Origin: Vitrella brassicaformis CCMP3155
Lineage: Eukaryota > Protista > Chromerida
Direction: 5' to 3'
Assembly (NCBI GenBank): GCA_001179505.1
Contig: CDMY01000336.1
Span: 372,001-436,000, forward strand
Length of the DNA stretch: 64,000 bases
How positions within the stretch are numbered: the first letter of the stretch is position 1; the number at the start of each line of letters is the position of its first letter. The notes under the pieces were generated by a model. The model searched no databases. It worked only from the letters and a program-made list of their open reading frames with translations, and was not told the DNA's origin. Both the position numbers and the translations under genes were made by a program. Below, in pieces: positions 49,660 to 60,597 of the stretch.

Positions 49660-50113
49660 CTAACTAACTACACTAGCTAGTGCATGCACCAGCAGATTCT
49701 GCGTTGAGTCGATGACTCGCCGGGTGGCTAGTGTTTGTGTTGGTTGTGTGTGGACACACATACGCGGCGACGTGTACAGTGAGTGTACATAGACAGACAG
49801 ATGTTGAGCAGACGACAGCGTGCACATGATGTGTTGCAGACAGAGCTCATGAATCGCACGCATAGCCTGTGTCGCCAATCAATGAGTACACGAGTCCATG
49901 TGTGTGCACCGCTCGCGCCGCACGCCAACACACCCAATGATCCGGATGGAACTCACCCCATCCACCCAAAACCGGAATCCACACACTCTCAGCACCTCGC
50001 TCACACGGAGTGCACAAATAAATACCCTTAGGAAGACCATCCACCTAGCTACTCCTCCACCTATGTGCTAAGCAGTGCTAAGCACCAGCAGCATCAATCA
50101 ACAGCACAGGAGG

Positions 50114-51259
50114 TCACATGGTTCTCCTGCGCATGAGGGAGATGATGTTGGCCAGTCGATTCGGCTCCCCCTCCTCAAACCACCTGATGAACCGCTGGGC
50201 AGTGTACTTGACACCGGAGGCCACAGGGCAGTTGCCGTGTAACACGTCACTCTCGCTGATTATCAACATCTGAATGAATGAAATCACACATACTGTGAGC
50301 ATGAAGTGCACTCGTTGCATGCACCCTTCGTCTCCGTGTGTTGCTTGCTTGCTCACTCGCTCACTCACCGGGTCATGGTTGAAGAATATGAGGGCCCTCC
50401 CTTGCCGAGGCTCGATGCGGAGCGATTCACTGTACTCACCGCAGAGAGCGTCGAGAGGCGGCAGGTACTCGTTGCCAAACAGGCTTATCTCCCTGACATC
50501 CCTTCCGTCGCCCTTGATGCCCGCAGCACGCCGCAGCTCAGCACTGTCGACTCGTTTGGCGTAGGGGAAGACCAGCTCGCCGCCGCCGCTGTCGACCGAC
50601 GAGAGGAACACGAGGACGGTAGCCACCCTGCCGGCCGTGATGTTGCTATCCTTGTGCAGTTTGTTCTCCCTCTCGTTGATGTTGTTGTTCCACTCTGAGT
50701 GGCCGGCGGTGTACTTGACTACCTGTATAGAGAATTTAATAAGTCTAACGTTGTTGAAGCAGAAAAGTTGGATCTTCTTAAATCAGACCTGGAACCGCTC
50801 GCCGTGAGATGGGGGATACATAGTCAGCCGGTGCATGCGGTCAATGAGGGCGGCGGTCAGATTGAGCCGCTCTGACAGATTCACCTTGAAGGCCTCTCCT
50901 CTGCGGCCCTTGTGGTGGTGACTGCTGTTTGCATGGGGAGCACTCTCTGCCTCCGCCAGAGCAATAAGACGCCGACACTCCGCGCGCGAGAGAAAGCGTT
51001 CAACGAGGTAGATGCGTGGGGCCTCGGAAACAAGCAGGGGCAGCGTCAGCTGGTTGGATGTCAACTGCTGCCCGAGATAGAAAGAACCAGCGGAGATGAT
51101 GAGAGTGACGGTGCCGTAGAGCAGCACGGTGAGGTAGGGATGCTGCGGTGACGATGCAGAGCGGCGGCCCCGCGCCGCATTGGCTCTCCTGAGCAGCGCA
51201 ATCCCCCCTCCGGCCGCAGCGAGGGACGAAAGGAAGGTGACCGCTGTCAACGAAACCAT
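50114..51259 (-). CDS. Membrane-anchored prolyl 4-hydroxylase-like 2OG-Fe(II) oxygenase
   Basis: Two N-terminal TM segments; PRIYLVERFLSRAECRRLI, ERFQVVKY, HKD (HxD), RVATVLVFLS, GGELVFP and LHGNCPVASGVKY. The start codon is uncertain. Confidence 0.85.
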
Positions 51260-51541
51260 CAATCCTCGGAGATCTGGGACATTCTGCTGCCATCTCGCAT
51301 CAGGCAGCAAGCTGTTGCTCCCTCTCCCCTTCTGGCAAGATCTTCACGTCCGCAGCATTTTCCCTCCGATCGCTGCACAACTCGCACCGCTCATCATGAT
51401 CAGATCCCCCCCTTTTTGCGCACAGAGGACCACTCTGAGCGCGTCTGGCGCCCCTCTGGCCTCCGCGCGCTTTCTCGTCCTCTGATCTGATGCGGCCGTT
51501 CTGAGCCCCGGCCTCATCGCATCCCTGCCCTGCTTGCACTC

Positions 51542-54500
51542 ATGACATCTGATTCAGCAGTTGCGCTAGAGGACGGCATCTGGATTCAGCAGGTCGCTAG
51601 AGGTTACTTCCAGTTTTGCCGCGACCTGTCTGATGGCATCAAGAACCAGCTTGCAGACTACTGCGACAAGGTCAGGGCGTCCCCCCACTACTTCACCTCG
51701 TCGCCGGTGCTGCAGGGCTACCCCAACCTCTCGCGCATCTTTGAGGACGCCACCAGCCAGGAGAATGCCACACTCGAGCTGCTGCGGGTCAGCGACCCAA
51801 GCACCCGAAGCGTGTTGGTCTTAATGCAGACGATTCGGCCTTCGTGTGCGTCTACCGGGGCGAGCCGAAGGCTGCCTCAGACAAGGTCAGGAGGCAGGGA
51901 GGGGGGCACTCCACAGATGGAATAATGATCTGTGTGTTTTGTGTGTGGCTGTGGCTGTTGATTTGGTTTGTCCACACAGAGCATCACGTTGCTGGGTGAG
52001 CTGACGGGTGAGGTGGTGCCGCAGACGCCCGAGGCATGGGACGACCCCCGGTACATCTGGCCGCTGTGCTTCGTTGACGACGCACTCCCGCCACCACACC
52101 CTCCCAACGGCAACACACCCAGCTCCCACTCACAGCAGGAGCCGGAGCCAGAGCAGTCGCTGCAGCGGCCAGCTGTGCCAAAGGACGACAGCCTGATGCT
52201 CGACTTCCGCGCGGCCAAGAACCGCGTGGCCTATTTCCAGCCGGCTGCGGTCTTGCAGGGCATGCAGCAGCGACAATCTAACGCGCAGTTCGCCGTGGTC
52301 GGTCAGCACACGAACGAGTGGGTTGTGGTTGGTGGTCGTGTGTGTGTGTGTGGCCACGTGTGTGTGTGTGTGAGTGTGAGAGAGAGAGAGAGAGAGAGAG
52401 AGTGGTTTGTTGGTTGGTTGTGTATGGGTGCAGGTGTATCATGACGGCTGGCCGCACCTGTTGCTGCACCGCAAGCCCGGCACGGCACTCAACCCGGGGG
52501 ACGAGATACTCATCGACCTGCCCCCCAACATGACAACCAAATACAAGTGCTACATCGCCGAACGACTCTACTCACAAGAGTCGGAGAGTGCCAGGTAGTC
52601 AGTCAAGAAAGGGACCACACGAATATGGATGCGCTCGATGGTGGATGTGATGTGTGTACGTGCATGTCATCAGGGACGCTGCCAGGCTCCGTGAGCTCAA
52701 CGTGCATTTCATGCAGAAGCTGCAGCGTGTCAGTGACGATAGGAACCTGGCTCTAGACGCTGCAGACAAGTAAGCGACAGACAGATGGACGATGAGAGCG
52801 GGATCTTGTGCGGGACTTACCTGTCAGGCTGCGGGATATTATGCGGGACGGTCAGAGGGGCCACGACAAGGAGAAGGCCTCACTCGAAGAGACTATCGCC
52901 AAGTACGAGTGTCGGCAACAGCCTCAGGCTCAAGCTTGACTCGTGGCTGTCTGCATCAATATCTGTCTCGCTGGTTTCAGGCTGCAGTCGAGCAAGAGCT
53001 CACTCGAGGCCGAGCTCACGCACCTCCGCAGTCACCAGACAGACAGGTGAGCGACCACCTGACAGCACTCACCCACCCCCACGGCCATGTATCTCATACT
53101 TTTCATGCACACAAGACAGACAGACAGACAGACGGACAGGCAGGCAGCTCGCTGTATTCACGGGCGGGCGTGTGTGTGTGTGGCTGCAGGCTGAAGCAGA
53201 GTGAGAAGGCCCGCAAGCAGCTCGAGGCGGCCAACCGCGACAAGGACAAAGAGATCAAAAGGTAGGGCCTCGAGTGGATGCACGGGGCCCATCGCCCCAC
53301 CCCGTTCCCCTCTGCTGTGCCGTCTGTCTGTTTGTCTGTCAGCATGCAGGAGCAGCATCGCCGGCAGCTGCAGGAGGAGGCCCAGCGTATCAACAAGTCA
53401 GTCCGTATGGCACCACATGCATAGAAGGAGAGTGGATGCACGGGGCCCATCGCCCCACCCCGTTCTCCTTTGCTATGTATGCCGTCTGTCCTGTCGTGTC
53501 CTGTCAGAAAGCAAGAGCATCATCGCCGGCAGTTACAGGAAGAGCGCCAACGTAGCGAAACGTATGTGCGTGGTGGCCAGGCAGGCAGGCATGCAGGCAG
53601 CATGAGCATGATGGGCGGTCTTCTTTTTGTTTGCGCCTGCAGGGAGATAGCCACGTCCGTATGGCCGCACCACAAGCTTACAGGCAGGCCGATCGTTGTC
53701 TTGTGCGTGTCAGGTTGCGAGAGTCTATGGGGCCGCTTGAGGCGGAGCTGATTAGCCTGCGAGAGAGTGAGAGCGGCCACGTCAAGGAGAAGGCATCACT
53801 GCAAGAGACTATCGCCAAGTACGTATGCTTGTCGGCAACAGCCTCATGCAGGCTCACTTCTGACTCCTGCATGGCATGGCTGTGTGCATCAATCTACCTC
53901 TCTCTGGTGTCAGGCTGGAGGCGAGCAAGCAGTCGCTCGAGACGGAACTCACGCACCTCCGCAGCCAGCAGATAGACAAGTGAGCACCTACCTACATGGC
54001 CACCTTTTCTCCCTTTGCTATTTCCATCAGTTTGAGGGCCTTGCTGACATCGTCTGAGACCGAGCAGGAGCTCTCCCACGTTGTCAAGACCCTCAAGGAC
54101 AAGCAAGATGAGCTGCCGGAGCTACACCGCCTCATCAGGGAGGCCGAGAGCCGACTGGAAGCCGCACACAAGAGGGCCATGGAGCAGCGTGAGGCCGACC
54201 GGCAGGCTGCGGTGGAGCTTCAGCTGCAGCAGGCGGCCCGCGAGGCCAGGGAGACCATCAACAAGGCCAGGGAGGAGGGGCGGGAGGAAATACTCAAGTG
54301 CGCCATCTGCAACGAGGAGGAGAAACGCATCATGCTGATGCCATGTGTAAGTACACACCATCACATCACAAACAGGCCCGAGAGGTCTGTCGTGCACGAG
54401 TGTGTGTGTGTATGTGTGTGTATGTGGGTTCAGCGGCATCTGTGCATCTGTCGTGGCTGCTGTGCTCATATCATGAGCCTGCCTGTGGCGGCCCGCCTCT

Positions 54501-54553
54501 GCCCCGTGTGTCGCCAGAACATCCAAAGACACACCGAGGTGTTTCTGCAGTGA
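51542..54553 (+). CDS. Degenerate SET-like domain plus coiled coil plus C-terminal C3HC4 RING protein
   Basis: LLGELTGEV ... LMLDF..KNRVAYFQP ... NAQF ... GWPHL ... LNPGDEILIDL resembles SET motifs; CAICNEEEKRIMLMPC/RHLCICRGC..CPVCRQ is a zf-C3HC4_3-type RING. Confidence 0.7.
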
Positions 54554-55263
54554 GGCAGGCCAGGCCTTTGGTAGATTGATTGACGTAGCTACGCCCATGC
54601 ACCACACCCAACACATAGCACATAGCACAGCCACTGACTAGCTGTAGATATGTCCACACAAAGCTATGCACGCCCAGAGAGACTTGTTGCGCATGTGACT
54701 GTTGGGAGGGCGTGGCTGCCGGCTTGCACGCCAACCAGTGGCTGGGTGAGGGGAGGGGTCATGCAATGCATGGTTTGTGCATCTCTCTCTGCGGCTTTAT
54801 TGACATCAATCATGTTGTGTGTGGAGGTATGTATACAATTCTTCTTGTATGTATGTATGTACGTAAGATCTTCATCCGACTGTCCACGCGACGTACGTCT
54901 GCACGCAGCGGCTGGATTGTGCACATCCATCCATGTCATGCACACCATGCAAAGTGGACAAAGACTTCATCGACCGCATGTGTGTAGAGAACAAAAGAGA
55001 GCGGACAATGGATGCAAAACCGCAGCAAGCAAGGAGAGAAGAAAGCTCACCTACCTGGCTTGAATCACGCTCCCGCAGAGAGAAAGAGAGAAAGCGAGAG
55101 GTCCGTTTGGCGCGTCCTGTCTGTCTGTCTGTCTGTCTCACCCGCATCCGACCCGCACGCCTACAAAGAAAGGCAATCCCTGATGATACTCATCCACCCG
55201 TCCCTGACTTGCCATGGTAAGCACACTCACACACAAGATGTATGGATGGCCACCTCAGGCCCC

Positions 55264-57080
55264 TCACTCAAACCACTCGACCCTCCCTCCCCCCATGACT
55301 GGCATGAATGCACCGCCCTCATGCATGGGCATCATCCCGTCATACAAGTCGCCCATTCCCCCACCGCCGCCCACCCATCCCTCACCACGCCACACACCAC
55401 CCCTTCCCGCCATGCCGCCCCGCCGCATGCCGCCCCTCATGCCCCGCGCCCTGCCCCCACGCCACATCGACGGCCTGCGCCACAATGTCGGCTGCCGCTG
55501 CTGCTGCTGCTGCTGCTGCTGCTGCGATGTCTCATCCATGCTGTAGCTAGGGGGCATGCTCATGAATGGGCCGGCAACGGGGAACAAGGGCACGTCGTAG
55601 GCAGACGCATTGGATTGGGAGGGTATGGGGGCCATGTGGCCGGGGGGTGGGACGTCGAAAGAGGCGGGGAAGGGATAGTCGGCACCGAAACCAATGGGGG
55701 AGTCGTCGGCAGGGAATGGGGGCAGCGACAAGCCGCTCATCGCGGACTGCCGCTCTGCATAGGGGGAGGAGGCGAGATACCCGACGCGCTGGTCAGGGAA
55801 ATCCTGGACGTGTTGGTCATGATAGGGCTCCCATGCACGCGCTATCCGACCACCCGCAGCACCACCGACGCCATAGCTACCGGCCCCAGCCGTCGCCAGC
55901 TGGTCACCACTGTGACTGAGCGACGAAAAGTCGTTGGTCGACGGCATAGGGAAGAACTCGGGCGCGTCCACAGAGAGGGATTGCTGGGGCACTCGAGAGA
56001 AAGACGTGGGGCCGCTGCGATGGGACACACTCGGTGTGAAGGACGGCGCATTGGGGTCGAGCTGGCTGCTGCTCTCCGATGGCATGGCCGGTGGGGCGCT
56101 GTCAGTCTTCACACCAGGGACCTGGCTCTCCTCAGACACGTCACCCTCCCCCGCCTCATCGCTCTCTGTGTCCTGAGCTGAGGCGAAGGGCTCGACATCA
56201 ACATTGCACAGCGAGTGGAAGGGCGGCGGCGGGGCGGTCGAGGGCTCCTCATCGCCCGTCGGCAGTGTGTCATGATGGCTGGACTCGTCAGCCCGTCCGT
56301 CAAAGGACGACACGACTGCAGCCAGAGGAACAAGGCGAGATAAACACGTGATCGATTCGTCTGGCCTTCACTTTGTGTGCTGACTGACGGACCACTGGCG
56401 TGAGGGAATGGGAGTGCCGCAGCGTCGCCTTGCTCTTTGCACCCCTCCTTGGCTACAGCAGCTGCCCCTGCCACCACCTGACGCACGGCCTTGGGCACCA
56501 GCCGGCTCCCCTGCCCCTCTGCCCCACCCTCCCCCTGCCACTTATCGCCCTCATGTGCCACGGTCACGTGCGGTTCTCGCGCAGCTGCATCGCCCAGCCT
56601 CTGTTTGGTCTGCAGGCCGTTGTGTCCGTCTGACGGCAGGCGTGTGGGCGCGATGCCGATGGATGAGTTGGTGGTTTGAGTGCGGGACTGTGACAGTCGG
56701 CTGTCTTCGGCTGTGGTGGGCGGCTGCTTGGGGAGAGGCTGGGATGGGTCGGCGGGCTGTGCCATGGTGCCGCCGAGAGGATCAGATGCGCCGCCGTCGG
56801 CAGGCAGAGATGCATCGCGGCACGATGAAGTGAATGGACCTGCGTGGATGAGAGAGGAGAAGAGGAGACCATACCATACATGCGATACGTGTGGTGGCTG
56901 GCTGTTGAGCAGCGTGGGCGGGGCGAGGGTGTGGGTGTGGGTGATCTCACCGCCATGCGATGGTGCCGGTGCGGAGAGGCTCCTCATGTGGGTGCTAGGC
57001 CGCTGGCTGAAGTGGTAGAAAGTCTTGGTCACGGTGAACTGCCATCCTGGCGGCACCGCTGCCTTCGATGATGCTAGCAT
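55264..57080 (-). CDS. Low-complexity PAM2/RGG protein (putative PABP-binding RNA regulator); 3' end uncertain
   Basis: Two PAM2-like motifs (QLDPNAPSFTP, LSVDAPEFFP), poly-Gln, RGG tail; N-terminal VTKTFYHF...RSLSAP motif. Confidence 0.6.
56414..56572 (-). repeat. Third, partial copy of a coding segment of the duplicated SUZ-like gene
   Basis: PHVTVAHEGDKWQGEGGAEGQGSRLVPKAVRQVVAGAAAVAKEGCKEQGDAAA matches about 13375-13536 (-) and about 62325-62470 (+). Confidence 0.9.
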
Positions 57081-57116
57081 CGGTATTCCTTTCTCAGGTC
57101 CACTCCACGATTGTAA

Positions 57117-60100
57117 ATGCGACCACAATGCGAGCTCAAACCCGAGGAGATGCGGCGCGTTCACACAGCCACCCACACTCTTTGTGGAGCTTTGCTGCAC
57201 TCTGCCCCTGCACCATCTCGCTCCCAATTCATTCGATCTTCCCATCGGTGCTCATCTGCCCAGCATCGCAGGGCAGCAGCAGCAGCACTGCAGCCACGAA
57301 GGCACCTGTCCACGGCCAGCAGCCCAGCACCCAACGCTCCAACACAGGAGGCTGCCATCTCCACACAAGCACAAGCAGATGAGGTCGAGGCGGACGCGCC
57401 AAAGCGACGAGATGAAGATGTGCAAGATGAGGACGATGCGGCCGCTGCAGAGGTGCTGGGCGACGCTCAAGGGGGCGAGGAGGAGGGCATTCATTCTGCC
57501 GGGTGGGGTGGGAGGCAAACGTTTGAGAACAACGAAATGCTGGCTCGGCTCACTCGGACGGTTGCTACAATGTGTGTATGCTCAGATTGCGCGTTGTTGT
57601 CGACTATCCGTTGGTCTTGCCGGACACGAGCCCTCTGGAGGGCCTTGACGACAAATGGCGGGACCAGCTGGCCTATGCGCCGCTGAAGGAGGCGCTGCGC
57701 ATCGCGCTGCAGGTTGGTGTGTCGCCGGATGCTGATGTGAGGGCTGAGTGGCACCTGTGTGGCGAGAGGCTCAAGGATGTGGCCCTTGACGAGACGGCGG
57801 CCTTCTTTGTGGCCTACCTCATGAGCTACATCGGATACACTGACCCGCAGCTCTGCTTTCAGGTAGCCAAGAGTGAGTCCACAGGATGGCACCACACCAC
57901 AGCCACCAAGGAGGGAAGGCAGCATCAGCATCTGGTGGTGGGCGGGTCATCTGGCTTGATTGTCTCGTGTGCCGGCTGCGTGTGTACAGGTGGTTGAGCG
58001 GCTGGAGGCCCGCTACAATTCGACATCCCTCGACCCAATACCGCACCCTGTAGACCAGACGCACTCGCAAAACACAAAACATACACACACAGACGCAGAG
58101 CTGGCGGAAAGGTCTCTCTCTGGTGTGGTGCCCTGTCTGTGTGTCAGCTGGCGGGACAGTTTGGCGCCAACGGTTCGTTCCGCAGTCTGGTGGACACCAT
58201 GCCGATAGCCATCAAAACCAAACTGCTGCTGGTACGGTACCTAGAAGTGACTGATTGACTGATACAAAGTGGTCTGCCTGCCGTCTTCGTGTGTTGTGTG
58301 TGCAGTGTGACGTGTTTCCCCGGGAGACCGGCCTGCAGGAAATCAAAACGGTGCGCACCTGGCCTGTCTGTCTTATCGTAAATGGAGAGGTGCGTGTACG
58401 CTCCTCCTCCTTCTGTCTGTCTGTCTGTCTGTCTGTCAGGCTCCCCCCGTGAAGCTTCCAACGTGGCAAACAATGGACCTCGTCGAGTGGGCAACGCACT
58501 CACATGCATTGCAACCAACATACATACATACACGTGAGCGTGTGTGTTGGTTGCGCCCGGCGCTTGCCTGCCTGCAGGATGGAGGATTGGGAGGCGAAGC
58601 AGCCCCGTGTGCGACGAATGCGGCACGTGCAGGTCACATCCACACCCACGGCCGCCACCAGGCGCCTCAAGAGCATGCTCGCACTGCAACTCAGGGAGGT
58701 GAGCTCGGCGACACGGCGGGTCCACACTACACTCACTCACTCACTGACTCACTCACTCACAAGCAGGGAGGGAGAGAAGTGCGCATTTGTGTGTGTGCTG
58801 TGCTGTGCTGTGCTGTGCAGGCCATCCCAGGTGCATCCATTGAGAAAATCGCACAGATCGCAACGATTTTCTGGTTGGTAGCACACACAAAGAATCAACA
58901 ATATATACGGTGGCATGGCATTGACCGACCATTGCTTGCTTAATGCGCTTCATTCTTCAGGAACAGCGACCGGCACTACACGGGCAGCTTGCAGGAAGAC
59001 ACACTCGAGCTGCTCTCAAAGAGGTCAGGGCAGATACATAGATAGATAGAAAGAAAGACAGAGAGAGAGAGACGTGTTCCCCCTTCTGTTGCCAATTGTG
59101 TGTTGTTTCTTCCAGGTTGTTGAGCATCCCGTGTGACCTCATCTCGCCCTACGTGCTGACCCTCACATCATCACTAAGACACGCCTCATGCCCCTCCGCC
59201 GCACCACTGTGGCGCCACCTGGCCGACGCCACTCTCCACCCACAGTCATTCGACGTCCACGACCAGGTGCTGCCCTTTGGCTTTCCCATCTGGCCCGGCA
59301 TGTCGGCCGTCCCCATGATGGCTGTCGACCAGTTCGGGGCGCTCAAGGCCGCCAGTGCCATGAAGACTGCGGCTGCCTCCAGGGGCATGGGTCGGCGGGG
59401 TGAGTGGGACGAGGCCACACTCCCATCGCCATTCTCGGACCAGGAGTGGAAGCTGCACGTCTACACCAAGTAAGTACAAACAAACATAGATAAACAGAGA
59501 CCGGAGCAAAAACAGAGACCGTAGTGTATCATGGTAGCTGCTCTGCACGAGTATCTGGGATTCGTTCAGGCTCTTGACAAACTTCTGCACGGCGGCCCAC
59601 ATGCCAAGTGAGATACATACAGGTCACGAGGCGCACACCTGACAGACGGACCCTTACATGCGCATTGCTGTGCGGTCTTCTTCTGCAGGGAGTCCCGATG
59701 TGTTCAACGTTCTCAGCGACCACCTGTCAACGGCCCTCAACGAGACGCTGCATGAGCTGCCGCACGACCGTATCGACCCGGCCACCCTCCCCATTGGCCT
59801 GGGCGAGATGGCCGACATGGCCGACGGCGTTGTTCAGTCGGGGTGGTACCACCCCAACATACTCAGGGGAGTGGAGGCCATCACCATGAGGACACTGTCC
59901 AAAGAGGCCGACTTCGAGGACCTAGAGTCTGCGGATGCGACACTCGCCTCATTACGCGGCAGTCCCGCCGACTTGTGTCGACTCTTCAACGCATTCGCTG
60001 TCTATCGATACAACCAGGTACGGTACGGTACGGTACGCAACTAAAGGAGAGCAAAGCACCGTTGCCCAGGTAGATCCATCTGTGTGTGTTTGTCTGTGTC

Positions 60101-60304
60101 TGTGTGTGTGTGGACCCGCACCCTCAGGAGGTGGAAGTGATGGGTGTGTTGCGGCGTGCGATTGATCCATACGTGTCGTCTCTGAAGGAGCACTATCGGC
60201 TGATGGTTGGCTGCCATGACAGGCCCACCCCTACGAGTGGTGTTGCTGTGCATGTCGTGAGGGAGGAGGCTCCTGATGGGGGCGCGACGGCAGCTAAGCT
60301 ATGA
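57117..60304 (+). CDS. Hypothetical multi-exon protein with a mitochondrial transit-peptide-like N-terminus
   Basis: MRRVHTATH...RRHLSTASS presequence; more than 10 repeat-free exons with GT-AG boundaries; family not recognised. Start is ATG 57117 or 57150. Confidence 0.55.
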
Positions 60305-60597
60305 CCATGCATGGGATGGGATGACTCGTATGCATACGGACGCTGTCTGTCTGATCATGGCCGTTGACGGGTCGCATTTCTCCGACACAGTACGTGACTG
60401 AGACCCTTGGCGCTTCGATTCGTGCATGATGTCACGGGAGGCCTCTTCCGCATGCCCACACGATGGATGTATCATTCATGTCACCACTCTGTCTTGTTTT
60501 CGCTCTGCCTTTTGACTTGCCGATGAATTAATTCATCCCGGCGATGCTGCACATGTATTTGCGGTGTCCCTTGTCTTTGCATGCTGCTAGCGGCTTT

